From: Flectonema sp. DT1601 | Lineage: Eukaryota | Assembly (NCBI GenBank): GCA_964019425.1 | Contig: OZ025802.1 | Location: forward strand, 930,001-994,000 | Reading direction: 5' to 3' | Length of the DNA stretch: 64,000 nt | Shown: in pieces, positions 45,001 through 60,000 of the stretch | Position numbering within the stretch: position 1 is the stretch's first letter | Layout: each line of letters starts with the position of its first letter | Made by a program: the position numbers and the translations under genes | The notes under the pieces: model-generated | Databases searched by the model: none | Told to the model about the DNA's origin: nothing | What the model saw: the letters and a program-made list of their open reading frames with translations, nothing else

Positions 45001-48000
45001 CAGTATTGACGAATGCGACCTGCACCGTGATATCTGCACGAACCAGGGACAGCTTTGCCATGATCCCAACGGACTGAAGCAGGGTGACTGGATGTGCATA
45101 TGCGTTCCTCCATCTAACGGCACCAACGTCGGTGATGTCGCTGCGTGTAAGATCGACGAGTGCGTCGCCACCTGCCCAACGTGCGCAAACGACACTTGCT
45201 CTGCCCAGAGTCAGGAGTGCAATGATCCGGATCCTAGCGCTGACGTTACCGGAGACTGGACATGCAAGTGTGTACCTCCAGCGGTTGGAAACGCCACCGC
45301 CAATGCTGCCCACTGTGTGATCGATGAGTGTACTTTCACTTGTGACACTTGTGCGAACACAACCTGTTCTGATGCTACTCAGGAATGTTTCGATAAGGAC
45401 ACCACTTCGACGTCGAAGAATGATTGGGAGTGCGTCTGCCCTCCGCCATCGAACGCAACTGAGGTGACTGCTGTTGCGAACTGCAGCTTTGACGAGTGTG
45501 ACCTTCACGGAGACACCTGCACTCGCCACGGACAGGTTTGCAATGACACTGGCCTGCTGACTCTGGATGACTGGGAATGTATTTGTGTTCCACCAGCAAC
45601 GGGAAGCAACGTCGGAGACGTCGCAGCATGTCAAATCGATGAGTGTATCGCTGATTGCCCAACATGCGCTGGGACAAACTGCTCTGATGCACATCAGGTT
45701 TGCGTTGACGACAACATGAACGCCACCTCAACTGGAGACTGGCACTGCGACTGTGTTCCTCCACTCAACGGTACGGCGGTTGTCGACGCTGCTTCCTGTA
45801 CCATTGATGAATGTGTTTCAGTTTGTCCAACATGTGCTAATGATACTTGCAGTGGTGTTGGTCAAACTTGTTTTGATCCTGATAAATCAGCAACCAACAC
45901 CAGCAACTGGATTTGTACTTGCGTTCCTCCAGCATACGACTTCGCTGTTGCTCAAGCGGCACACTGTGTAGTGAATGAGTGCCACGACCACGAGAAAACC
46001 TGTCACGCTGCTGGTCAGACTTGCGAGGACCCGGACACAACACCAAGTGCTTCGGGAGATTGGGTGTGCAAGTGCGTGCCACCAGCGACGAATGCAGGTA
46101 CCACTCAACAGGGAGGAGTAGCGATGTGTGATTACCCGGGTGATTGCTCAGATACTATGGTTAGTGATGTTTGTACGAACGCTGGTCAGGTTTGCGACGA
46201 CCCAACTGATATCATGACACCAGGTGACTGGACTTGTGAATGTGTGCCTCCGGCAATACTTGCGATGGGAAGCAATCCAGTTCAGGGAGCTCCGTCTGAC
46301 TGCGTTCACGACGAGTGTGTGTTGGTTTGCCCAACTTGTGCTGACACCGGATCTGGTAACATCTGTTCTAAACACGGACAGGTTTGCAAGGACAGCAACA
46401 CCAGTTCCCTCTCACTGAGCGACTGGGTGTGCGAATGCAACCCTCCGGAGAAGCCAGTTGACCCGAGCGCTGTTGCAGTTGCCAAGCCTGCTGAGTGTCA
46501 ATTGAACGAATGCATCGAAACTTGCGCAACCTGTCAAAACGGAAAGTGCAACGGGCAGACTTGCGAAGATCCAAACATGGACCCAACGATCACGAATGAC
46601 TGGACTTGTACTTGCATCGCTCCGGGTGTTGGTGTTGCTACTGGCAAGGAAGCCGCTTGTGTTTGCGATGAGTGTCTGACGACAACAGTTTGTGGTAACC
46701 AAACCTGTTTCGATACCAACACCTCGTGTCCTGCTGGCAATGACTTCACTTGCACTTGCCAGCCTCCATCGATTGACTTCGATGTTGCAGCACCGGCTGT
46801 CTGCAAGTACGACGAGTGCAAGGAGAAGAGTGGTGAGTGTAACGCTGTGGGCCAAACTTGTAACGATCCGAATCTCACTGTTGCTGGAGATTGGGAGTGC
46901 GAGTGCATCCCACCGCAGTTGCCGGATGGCAGGAACTCGACGAATGACAAGCACGCGGTGTGCAAGCTCGACGAGTGTGTTCAGACGTGCCCAACTTGTG
47001 CCAACAACACGGCCTGTGGGTCGCAGACTTGCAAAGACCCTAACACCGACCCTACGATGGTCGGTGATTGGACCTGTACCTGTGTTGAAGGTGTTGGTTT
47101 TGCAACAGGTAAGCAAGCGGAGTGTGTGTGTAACGAATGCTTAAATACGATGATCTGTGAGAATGCCAACCAGACGTGCTACGATGCGGACAAGTCGTGT
47201 CCTCCAAAGAATGACTTCGACTGCGAGTGCCAACCTCCATCAGCTGATACCGCAGTGGCAGCAGCCGCAATCTGTACTTACGATGAGTGCATTGATCACA
47301 AGGCAAGCTGTACTCAGGTGGGTCAGGTGTGCAAGGACCCGGACACTGCTGTTGGAGGAAACTGGATTTGTGAATGTGTCGCACCTCAGGTTCAACAGGG
47401 TAACACGGTTCAGGGAAGACCTGTGACGTGTGCGATTCCGGAGTGCGACGTGGTTGGATGTCCAACTTGCGCGAATGACACCTGCAGTGGAGCTGGGCAG
47501 ACTTGTTTTGACCCAAATACTGATCCGTCAAGTTTGAGAGACTGGACCTGTACTTGTGAGCTGCCTGGTGTGGGGTTTGCGACGGGGAAGCCTGCGGACT
47601 GCGTTTGCAACGAGTGCCTCAACAGCACGACGTGCTCTGATGCGGACCAGACTTGCCACGATGCCGACAAGTCGTGTCCTCCAAGGAACGACTTCAAGTG
47701 CGAGTGCAAGTTCCCATCGAGCGATTCTGCTGTGGGTCAGGCGGTGGCTGTTTGCACGAACCCGGAGTGTGAGAAGAACAAGGCTGTGTGCGCGTCTGTC
47801 GGGCAAACTTGTGTGGACAACAACATCACGAGGGACAACGACTGGGAGTGTGTGTGCCCGCTGCCATCTTTAGGAATCGGTTTGATGCAGCCAGCTGCCT
47901 GTACTCTGGTTGAATGTGATCAGACTTGTTCGACTTGTGCTAACGATACTTGCAGCAGTGTTGGTCAAACGTGTTCGGAGGTGAGCACCGACCCAACGGA

Positions 48001-51000
48001 TGTGAACGACTGGGAATGTGTTTGCAAACCGCCTGCGACCGGAAGAGCCAGCGGTGCGGCAGCGCACTGCGAGCGTGACGAGTGCAAGGAGCACGGGGAC
48101 AAGTGTACTCTGAACTGCAAGACTGGTTCCCTTGACTGCGCACAGAAGTGCGTTGATCCGGACAAGTCGGTTACGTCGCTGAACGACTGGAAGTGCATCT
48201 GCGAGCCTCCTTCGAGCAACTACGCTGTTGGGAAGTCAGCGAAGTGTTCGGTTGATCCGTGCGTGGCGGACAACGAGGAGGCGTGCCTGAACGACAATGC
48301 CGGATGTGAGTGGACGGAACTGCCAACCAGAACGTGCAAGAAGATTCCTTGCGAGTTCGACAACCCAGCGAGCTGTAACTCGACCGCGGACTGCGATTGG
48401 GTGAGCACCGCTGGGAGCAGAGGGGGACTGGGAAGCATTTCGTACGACAACGTCAACGCGGTGAGTCCGTTCGCATCGGTGACGTGCGACGGAATTTCGT
48501 TTACGGGTTCCTGCAGCTGCAACATGCTGCTGGGAGCTGCTGGAGAAAAGGGAGGGGCGCAGGTGACGATCGAGGACGGATACTCGAAGGGATCGGACTC
48601 GCTGGAGTGCACCGGGTGCGCGGGAGCTGGAATCGAGTCGGTTTGGAACGCCAACACTGGAACCCTCATTTTGAAGAAGTCGGCGGGGGCGGGGGCGACT
48701 GCGCGCGAGCTTGTGGAGGCGATCAAGACGGTGGCGTTCAGAACTTCATCGAGTGACGGGAACTTGCGTGGACTGACTTGGAACTTGGGTAACGCGATGT
48801 ACTCGAAGAGGACGAGCCACTACTACCGTCACTTCACCGCTGCGGAATGCAACGGTGCGGGTGGGGGCTGCACGTGGGAAGAGGCGCAGAACATGTGTTC
48901 CAGCAAGTCATTGTTTGGATTGACGGGTTACCTGATGAGTGTGACGTCTGGGGCTGAGAACTCGCTTGCGAAGGGGAAGTTGGAGGGATCTGGTTGGATT
49001 GGAGCGATGGGAAGCGGAAACTCTTGGAAATGGGTAACTGGACCAGACGCTACGAAGGGACCGTCCCCGTGCCGGTCGTTCACCGGAGGTGCGTCGAGCT
49101 GTGACTTTGCGGGAGTGGACAGCGGGAAGGGATACCCGATCGGTTCAGGGGTGGCGGACCAGTTCGTGGCGGCGCAGGTTCTCGGACTTGCTGCGTACAA
49201 CCAGTGGGATACCTCGGAGCCAACGCAGTCGGGTAGGTTCGCTTCCTTTGCGGTTCCATCTGGTGAATGGTCGACACCTGGATCTTCGAGTGACGGATTC
49301 ATCTGCGAGTGGGGAGAGATCGGGAACGCGTGCCTGGCTACGGCGGATGACTTGTGGGGAACGGTCGACCTGGTTGCGGGAGTCTGCAAGGAGAAGAGAT
49401 GTACCGAGTCGTCGCAGGCGGAGTGCGAGGTGGATCCGTTCTGCAACTTCGTTGGTGGAAACGTCGACCCTTGCGTGCCAAAGCCATGTACCGAGTACCC
49501 TGATGAGAAGAGTTGCGACAAGGATGAAAGATGTGATTGGGACACCAGCGTTGCACCGGGGCTCTGCAGTGAGACGGTGTGCGAGAAGTTGAAGACGGCC
49601 GAACTGTGTGAGAAGCACCCTGACTGCGACTGGGACACGCTGACTGGACACTGCAAGGAACAGATCTGCCCTGTGAACACCGACCGATGCTCGTGTAACG
49701 AGGAGCCGAAGTGCTTCTGGTCGGACTCTGCGGATGCAGCTGCGAGACAATGTGTAGACTCGAAGTACGCGTTGTGCCCGGTGATGGATATGATTATCAT
49801 GTTCTCGGGTACGAAGAACATGGCTCAGGTATTCGGACGTCACCCTGTTGGGTTCGACGCGGTGACTTCGATCTTGAGGGATTGGGTGTCGACGATGTAC
49901 TTGACGGGTGAGAGGTACACTGTGAATCCGTCGGTGGCGAACGGTGGGGGGGTGAGAGTTGGTTTGGTGCAGTTCGCCGGAGAGTTGGCGCCGTCGACGA
50001 CTGTGGTGACGAAGGCGGTAAGGACCTCTCCAACTGGTGTCGGTGAGAGCGGACAACTGTCTGGAGACATGAACGAGCTCCTTGAGGGGATCACCTACCA
50101 CGAGTCGAACTACTTGATGGGACAGGGAGCCTACATTGTTCCTGCTTTGGAGAAGGCGTCGAGCATGTTCACGTCGACTCCGATTGGTAGAAAGAGGGTG
50201 TTGATTGTGTTGACCGGTTCAACGATCAAGGACATCGATCAGGTTCAACCTAGCCAGAACAAGTTGGAGACGCAGGGAGTGGAGATCTTCGGAGCGGTGA
50301 TCCGCAGAATGGACACGAAGACCGCTGAGGACATCAGGGCTGAGGCTGCGATGAAACCGTTGGCGACTGATCCTGCTGTTGACCACTCTGATGGCATCAA
50401 GGTCGACGATTTGGAGGCAATCCTGCACGGAATCTGCGATCCAAACTCGAAGTGGAACGTCGCGACGTCACCGGCGGTGCCGCAGGCTGGAGTGCACAAG
50501 CCGTGCGCTCAGTATGGTTCCCAGAAGGACTGCACGGCGGACAAGGGATGCGTGTACTCGGGAGTGTTCCAGAAGTGCGAAGCTTCGCCGTGCATTGCGC
50601 ACTGTGGGGAGGTTCAGTGCAACGCGGACAACGTGAACCTGTGCGAGTGGGACGCGGCGAACCAGACGTGCTGGAAGCGTGAGCTCTGTCCACACCACAA
50701 CTCGACCGCTTGCGAGGACGACCCTGCGTGTGACTGGAACTCGAGCGCTTCGACGGTGGAAGACAAGTGTGTCGAGAGGGAATGCAACTACAAGTCTGAG
50801 CAGGAGTGCGCTGCCGAGGTTCTCGTGAAGTGCGACTGGGATTCAGCGTCCAGAACCTGTGGATTGACACCTTGCCAGCACGCGAACGAGACGAGTTGCA
50901 CTGCGGATGCGTCTGAGCATTGCGAGTGGGACGTCTGCGTGGCATCGCACAACTCGGCGGATGCGTGCAGGAAGGATCGCTGCCTGGACTACGGAGCGGA

Positions 51001-54000
51001 GTACAGCAACTGCACCCAGGACCCGATGTGTAGGTGGGATGCCCTCGCCGGAAACGGGAAGTGCTTGCGCAAGACTTGTACCGAATTCGGAGACGAACGT
51101 TGCTGCAATGACCAGGACGGATGCTTCTGGGACATCAGCGTGTCGCCGGCGCTGTGCAGTGAGAAGCTGTGCGAGTCGTTGAAGCAAGACCAGGGTGCAT
51201 GTGGAACTGAGCCAACTTGTGAATGGGACAGCGCGAAGAACACGTGCGTTGACAAGGATTGCAGTGTGATGGAAAGATGTGACTGCGAGAAGGACGTGGA
51301 CTGCTTCTGGAGATCTGCGAACGGGACGGAGTCGTGCACGTGGAAGAGCTACGGCGAGTGCCCGGCAATGGACATGGTGTTGCTGTTGGGAGGATCGTCG
51401 ACGATGGGGCTGCCGTTCGGAAGACACCCGAAGGGATTCAACGGAATGACCGAGGCACTGAAGAAGTGGGTTGCGACGATTCCGCTTTCAGGGGAAGCTG
51501 CCTCTGTTGGACTGGGGAGCAAGCCGACGGGGATCCGAGTGGGAGTTGTGCAGTTTGGGGGAGAGAACAAGGACGGTGGGAACCCAGGAAGGGCGGACGC
51601 GAAGACGGCGCCGGTGGGTGTCGGAGCTGCGGGGCAGTTCAGTGGTGACGTGGCTGAGCTGAAGGCGGACTTGGACTGGCAGGAGGACAACTTCTACGGA
51701 AGCGGGATGATGATCGCCAACGGTCTCGGAGTTGCTGAGAGAATGATGAGAGACTACTCTCCACAGGATGGAAGAAAGAAGGTTGTCGTGATCCTCGCGG
51801 ACGGGAAGATGTACGACACGGACACCGTGTCTGGAACGATCGCGTCGATGCAGGTTCAGGGTGTGGAGGTGTTCGGGGCGGCGATCAGAAGGCAGCCGGT
51901 GAGCACGCTGGTTGACCAGAACGCGGTGGCTTCCCTTCGAACGATCGCGACTTCGCCAAGCAGCGGGCACGTTGCGAACATCGTTCTCGACGAGTTGGTG
52001 GACACGACTAAGAGTTTGGGAGGGATCTGCGACAGCAACGCGTTCTTCGGAAAGCTGCTGGTGGACGCGCAGCCGGACACGACGGTGGCGGTTGGAGGAC
52101 AGCACAAGCCGTGTGATCAGCATCTCGAGAAGTCGCCTTGCAACATCGACCCTGGTTGTGTTTGGTTTGATGCGTCTCTGTCTTGTGTTGAGACCCTCTG
52201 CATGCAGCACAGCTGCAACCAGAGTTCTTGTGAGCAGGACGTTGCCAATGGATGTGTTTACGAGACGGCCACCCACAGGTGTTGGAAGGAGCCAAAGGAC
52301 TGCTCGCTGTACACGAACATGACGAAGTGTGCTGAGGACGCGGAGTGCCAGGCATCTTCGGACAAGACTACCTGTGTGGACAAGAAGTGCGACCACGACG
52401 ACGAGAAGGGATGCATTGCCGATTCAGACTTGTGCGTGTGGGACAACCTGCAGAGCATCTGTGGAGAGAGGCCGTGCAGCGCGACGACCGAGGCGGACTG
52501 CAAGTTGGCAACTGGGGAGCAGTGTGTTTGGAACACGTTGCTTCCGGTGAACGGAACAACTGAGTCGTTCGCAAAGGGGAAGCCGATGCAGCCGTTCAAC
52601 AGCGTTGGGACGACTGGATACCCGGAGGACTGCTCTGCGGGGATGTTCGCTGGCGGGTCTTGCAGCTGCGCGACGACGCTGAGCGAGGCGCACGTGGGGG
52701 TCGAGGAGGGATACACTCCGAGCAAGGATGTGTTCGAGTGTCCGAAGTGCGCGTCTCTCGGAGTCAACACTGAGTGGAACTCGGCGACCGGAATCATGAC
52801 CCTCAGAGCGGCGGGTTCGGCGGCGGGGGGGACGGCGGACACGTTCTTGAAGGCGATCCGGGAGGTGACCTTCACCACGACGTCGGACGACGGGAACGCG
52901 AGGAAGCTGACGTGGAACTTGGGGGGAGCATTCTACTCGTCGAACACGGGACACTACTACAGGTACTTCGCGAAGTCCGAGTGCGGAGGCGTGCAGGGAG
53001 GCTGCAGATGGGACGAAGCGAAGACTGCCTGCGAATCGGACTCGAGGATGATCTTCGGGTTGAGGGGATACCTTCTTTCGATCAACACCGAGACCGAGAC
53101 AAAGGCCCTGATGGGGAGAATCTCCGGTGAAGGTTGGATCGGTGCGACCGATGCCGGGGCGAACGAGGGAGAATGGCGTTGGATGACGGGACCTGAGGCA
53201 CTGACGGGAACAACTCCGTGCGGAGCGTTCGGCAACAACAGGGCCAGCTGCGACGTTTCGATTGACCTCGCGAGCGGTAAGTTGGTGGGAGCGGACGCTG
53301 CGAAGGGTGTTTCGATTGGATCGGGAGTGGGATCGAGATTCACTGCGGTGTCGTACGCAAACTGGGCGATTGGGCAACCGGATGACAGCCACACGGCGTG
53401 TCCTGGAAGCTGTGCTGCCTGGGGAGAAGACTTCGCGCAGTACTCGATCCCATCCGGTACGTGGAGGGACGCACCGGGGGATGCGAGCGACGTGGCCGGG
53501 TTCGTGTGCGAGTGGGGAGGAGTCGGAAGCCTGTGCGTGCAGTCGAACGCGTTTGGATCGAAGTTCGTGACGGCCGGTGTGTGCGAAGAGAAGAAGTGCA
53601 CGACGGACATCGAAAGCGAGTGCAAGAGAGACCCATACTGCAAGTGGGAGAACAACACGTGCGGGATCAAGAAGTGTGCCGAGTACCCGGATGAGGTGAC
53701 TTGCGAGCAGGATGAGATCTGTGACTGGAACCCAGCGGTTTCGCCGGCGATCTGCGAACAGAACCCATGTACGAGGTACCTGGACAACAGCACGTGCGAG
53801 GCGGACAGCAACTGCATGGTGGACCCTACCGGAAAGGCGAAGAGCCTCTGCGTGGACAAGGACTGCAATGAATACGACAAGTGTAAGTGTAAGAACGACG
53901 TTGAGTGCTACTGGAAGAACAACAGCTGCGTGAACAGCAACTACGGGGAGTGTCCGACTCTGGACATCGTGGCGATCGTCGACGGTTCGGGATCGATGTC

Positions 54001-57000
54001 GCAGTCGTTCGGACGTCACCCTCACGGATACTACGGACTGGTGTCAATCTTGAAGGACTGGGTGAAGAACCTTCCTCTGTCCGGGGAGCTCGCGAACATT
54101 GGTGCGGCGTCGACGCTGACTCAGAAGACGAGAGTTGGGTTCGTTCAGTTCTCGGGTCACCCGCAATACAGCGATCCTGCGACTGGTGTGTGGAGCGGTC
54201 CGATCGTGAACGACGTTGCGACGACGCCGATGGGAACTGGAGCCGGGGGAAGGATCTCGGGATCCATCACCGAGTTGAACGGAGACCTGGCGTGGCACCA
54301 GTCGAACTACCTGGATGCCGGTACCTACATCGCGAACGCGTTGATTACCGCGAATGACATGTTCTCGAAGCAGTCGCCGCAGGACAGCCGTACCAAGGTT
54401 TTGATCATCTTCACCGACGGAGTGATCTCTGACATCGACAAGACGTCGACTCCGAAGTCTTCACTGGAAGGGAAGGGAGTTATGATCTTCGGTATAATGA
54501 TCCGCAGAGGTGATATTCCATCAAGCGTTGACCTGACGGCTGAGGAGACGCTGAAGAAGATTGCTTCGGAACCGAACCGAGTGTACAACCTCCAAATTGA
54601 TGACATTCCGGACGTTCTGTCGAAGGTGTGCGACCCTACCGACAAATGGGGAGCTGAGATTGCGAAGGTTCCAAAGTCGCAGACGGGAGTGCACTTGCCT
54701 TGTCAGTTCTACGTTGAGAAGAAGCCTTGTGATGTGGACCCTGGATGTCTGTGGTCGGATGTGCTGTCTTCGTGTACCGACAGTGTGTGCATCGGGTACT
54801 GCAGCGAGCAGGATTGCGTTGCGGACACGGCGAACCATTGCAAGTGGGAAAACGACGAGTGTGTGAAGTTCAAGCCTTGCTCGTACACGCAGAAGGTGCA
54901 GTGCGAACAAGACACCGAGTGCCGATTCAACGACACGTCGAACGAGTGCGGTGAGAAGCCTTGCACGCACAGCGACGAGAACAGCTGCGTTGCGGAGACG
55001 ACGTACGAGTGCGAGTGGGTGCCGGGTACCCAGGAGTGCATTGAGAAGCCTTGCGTGCAGCTGACGGACTCGGGGAGCTGCGCGGCGGACGCGCAGTGCG
55101 AGTGGGACTCGGCGTGCGACAAGGATGTGTGCATCAAGAAGGTGTGCCAGCACGTGGCGATGGACCAGTGTGAACTGGACACGCTCTGCGCGTGGGTGGG
55201 GAGCGCGTGCCAGCGCAGGACTTGTGGAAACCTCGTCGACGAGAAGTGCTGCGTTGAGGACGAGCAATGCTTCTGGGACGTGTCTGCCGCACCGGGAGTT
55301 TGCAGAAAGGAGCCGTGTTTGGAGTACAACTCGACGAACTGCAACGACCAACGGGAGTGCCGTCTGGACACTTCCAACAACTGCAAGCCGAAGGACTGCG
55401 TGAACTACGACCAGTGCTCTTGCGAGGGTGACGCCGACTGCTTCTGGATCGCGGCGGCCCAGACTTGCACGTCGTCAGCTTACGGACAGTGCCCGACGAT
55501 GGACATCGTTTTGCTGATCGACGGTGGGGATTCGATGAAGAAGGCGTTCGGGCGTCACCCGTTTGGATTCTACGGGTTGACGAACGTGTTGAGGGACTGG
55601 ATGATGACTCTTCCGTTGAACGGGGAGTCGGGATCGGTCGGTAGCAACTCGAGGAGCGGGACGGACCAGGCGAGAGTGGCGATCGTGCAGTTCGCGGGAA
55701 GTGAAATCTGGGCGCCCGGGAACGAGCGTCAGTACCGAGTGTCGCCACCGGGAGTCGGAACTGGTGGGAGACTGTCGGGAATGAGGTCGGAGTTGGTTGC
55801 CGACTTGGCTGACCACGAAGCGAACTTCATGGGGGCGGACGCGGCCCTGCAGCCGATCCCGAGGAAGACGTACTTGCTTGGAGGTCTTGCGAAGGCGGCG
55901 TCCCTGTTCAAGAACTCGCCTGTCGACCGGACGAAGATCCTCATCATCTTCGCTGACAACGCGATGGACGACAAGAGCGCGTACGCAACGGCGCAGTCGG
56001 AATTGAACCGGCTGCAAGTGAACGTCTTCGGGGCGGTTGTGCGTCCGTACGACGTCCGCGGACCAATCGACACCGGTGCCGAAAGCGCGTTGACGACGGT
56101 GACGTCGAACGTGCAGTCGGAGCACACGGTCAACAAGCAATTGGACGAGTTGGCTGCGGTGCTCGAAGGTTTGTGCGATCCAAGCACCCCGTGGGGCAAA
56201 TACATCGCCAAGAAGGATGGTGGTGGTAGACAGCCGTGCCCGAACCACAAGGACAAGACTGTCTGCAACAAGGACTCCGGATGTGCTTGGCATGACCAGA
56301 CCCTGAGCTGTGGTGACACGCCGTGTTTGACCCACTGCGCGGAGGCAAACTGCACTGCGGACACCATCAACACGTGTGTCTGGAATTCAACAGTTGGTTG
56401 CGAGAAGGAGAAGACTTGCGACCACACCAACCCGGACGACTGCAGAGTCGACGACAAGTGTCAGTACGACGACGTCAGCAAGAGCTGCGTCGCCAAGAAG
56501 TGTGACCACGAGGCGGAGCAGGGTTGCCTTGCGGACCCTGACGTGTGTGTGTGGAACAACCTGAACAAGGTTTGCGGTGAGAAGCCTTGCAACATCCACG
56601 AGGAGCGTGAGTGCAACAATCACATCAACTGCACGTGGAACACGAGTTCGCGGACATGCAACGTCGACAAGTGTCTGTGGACCAGCGTCGACGAGTGCAA
56701 CACCGATCCGTACTGCGTGTGGGAAGGTGCAGGTGGTGCGGGAAGTGCTGACCCTTGCGTGCAGAAGAAGTGCACGGAGCACATGACGGAGTTGGAGTGC
56801 GAGTTGGAAGCAGACTGCGACTGGGACACTTCAATCTCACCGGGGATCTGTCTGGAGACGTACTGCAGACGCTACGGAAACGACAGCGGGTCGTGTGACT
56901 CCGATGGAAAGTGCATGTTCGAGAACTCGACGGATACTTGTGTGGACAAGGATTGTTCGACGTTTGAAGTTTGCAGGTGTCAGAAGGACCCGGAGTGCTT

Positions 57001-60000
57001 CTGGTCGGCGGATGCGTCCCCTGCGAGCTGCAAGGCTGCGCAGTTCGGAGAATGTCCACAACTGGACATCGTTGTGATGATTGACGGGTCGGACTCGATG
57101 AATTTGGTGTTCGGACGTCACCCGTCTGGTTACGTTGGAGTTATCGAGATGTTGCGTTCTTGGGTATCGGGACTTCCGCTTTCTGGTGAGAAGGCTGGAG
57201 TTCCGTCGACGAAGAACGGAAACACCAGGGTCGGGTTTGTTCAATTCGGAGGTCTCGCACAGTTCCCAACGCAGAGCGCGAGGAAGGCACCTGCGTCTGT
57301 GGGATCGGAGGGGCGGTTGAGCGGAGACAAGATGCAGGCTTTGGGGGACCTGTCGTGGCACGCGAGCAACATTGTCGGGGGGGAGACGTACATCGCGAGG
57401 GGTCTGGACATGGCGGCGGACATGTTCATGGCGTCGCCGAAGGATGGCAGGAAGAGGGTTCTGATCATCCTGAACGACGGAAAGATCTTGGACGCGGACT
57501 CCCTGACGACACCTCGAAGCAGACTGATCCAAAAGAACGTGTACACGATGGGGGTTGTGATCAGAAGGTTCGATGCGCAGTCACCTGTGGACATGGATGC
57601 CGAGGGAGCTCTGAAGAAGTTGACGTTCGACCCGGTTACGAAGCAACCTGCCGACGATATGATTACGAACGTGGTTTTGGATGATTTGATGGCGAAGTTG
57701 AACTCCCTGTGCGACCCGACTAAGTTGTGGGGACAGCGCATCGTCGACCGTGTTGGACAGCAGGTCGGTGTGCACCGTCCGTGTGGAAACTACCAGGACA
57801 AGGTGATGTGCGGGAAGGATGCGGGTTGTGTTTGGAGAGACGTGATCGATGCGTGCGTGGACACTCCGTGCACGCTGCACTGCCAGGAGGGTGAGTGCAA
57901 CACCGACGTGGCGAACAAGTGTGTGTTCGATTCCAGCAGCCAGGTTTGCTCGAAGACCGACACCTGCGCTGCGCACGACCAGGCGGCATGCAGCTTGGAC
58001 GCCGAGTGCAAGTTCAACACGACCTCGAACGGGTGTGAGGAGAAGCCTTGCAAGCACACCAACGAAGGGTCGTGCGTGGCGGACAAGACGTACGAGTGCG
58101 AGTGGGTGCCGAACACCCAGGAGTGCATTGAGAAGCCTTGCGTGCAGCTGACGGACTCGGGGAGCTGCGCGGCGGACGCGCAGTGCGAGTGGGACTCGGC
58201 GTGCGACAAGGATGTGTGCATCAAGAAGGTGTGCCAGCACGTGGCGATGGACCAGTGTGAACTGGACACGCTCTGCGCGTGGGTGGGGAGCGCGTGCCAG
58301 CGCAGGACTTGTGGAAACCTCGTCGACGAGAAGTGCTGCGTTGAGGACGAGCAATGCTTCTGGGACGTGTCTGCCGCACCGGGAGTTTGCAGAAAGGAGC
58401 CGTGTTTGGACTACAGTGCGGATACTTGCAACGACTACAAGAATTGCCTGTACGACAGCGGGTCCTCGAGTTGCCTGCCGAAGGACTGCAGCAAACACGA
58501 CCAGTGCGGTTGTGGAAGTGACGCCGACTGCTTCTGGGTGCAGGCAGTTCAATCGTGTATCCCACAGATCTACGGGCAGTGCCCGACGATGGACATCGTT
58601 TTGTTGATCGACGGTGGTGTGTCGATGAAGAGCACCTTCGGACGTCATCCGGTTGGGTTCTACGCGTTGACGAACGTTCTCAGGGATTGGATGATGACGC
58701 TCCCACTGAACGGGGAGTCGGCGAACGTTGGGGTGAACTCGGTTCCGGACACGGAGCAGGCGCGTTTGGCGATCGTGCAGTTTGCCGGTAGCACTGTGTT
58801 CGACAAGCCCGGGAACGACGGACAATTCCGAGTGTCATCAGTTGGTACTGGGGGAAGACTCTCTGGAATGAGATCCGAATTGATGGCCGATTTCAAGGAC
58901 CACGAGGACAACTTCATGGGGGCAAACGCAGCTCTGCAGCCAACTCCAACGAAGACCTACTTGTTGGGTGGTTTGAACAAGGCGGTCAGCATCTTCAAGA
59001 CTTCACCGGTTGTTCGGATGAAGGTCTTGATCGTGATCACCGATGACGAACTCGATGACAAGGACATGTACCAGACGGCGCGTGCTGAGTTGGCGCAGAT
59101 GAACGTGCAGATCTTCGGAGCGGTCGTGCGTGGATTCGATGCCAGCGGACCATCGGACCAAAATGCCGAGAGCACCCTCCGCAAGGTGACGACCGAGTCG
59201 CAGCTTGAGCACACGGTGAACGTTCAGATTGATGGTTTGGAGGCGGTGTTGAAGAGCATCTGCGACCCATCGCTGAACTGGGGTAAGGACATTACGAAGT
59301 ACAAGGTTGTGAAGGAGAGGCAACCTTGCCAGCTGTACCACGACAAGACCAAGTGTAACAAGGACGCTGGGTGCACCTGGTACGATGACACCCTGAGCTG
59401 TGGAGACTCGCTGTGCCTGACTCACTGCAAGTCGAGCAACTGCACTGCCGACCGGGGGAACCTGTGCGTCTGGAACGCGACGACTGGATGCGAGAAGGAG
59501 AAGGTGTGCGACTTCAGCGCAGCCGAATGCGCGAACCACCCGGAGTGCGGTTTTGACGGGAAGAACTGCGTTGCGAAGACGTGTGACCACGAAAACGAAC
59601 AGGGATGCCTGGCTGATCCAGACACCTGCGTGTGGAACAACTTGCAAAAGTCTTGCGGAGGGGTGCCTTGTGTGTACGACGCGGCTGACGAGTGCAACAA
59701 GGACGTGAACTGCACCTGGAATGCGACGGGACTGAAGTGCGAGGTGGACAGGTGTCGCTGGACGACGAAGGGTGAGTGCGAGTCTGACGTGTTCTGTGAG
59801 TGGAAGAACCGCCGAAACCAGCCGGAGGAGTGTGTGCAGAAGATCTGCGTTGAGCACGCGGACGAAAACTCGTGCAGGAGAGACGAGAACTGCGAGTGGG
59901 ACACTTCGATCGCCCCGGGGATCTGTACCGAGACGTACTGCAGGACGATCTGTGGGGACTCTTGTACCTCGACGGAAAGGATTGCCTGCAATGCCGATGA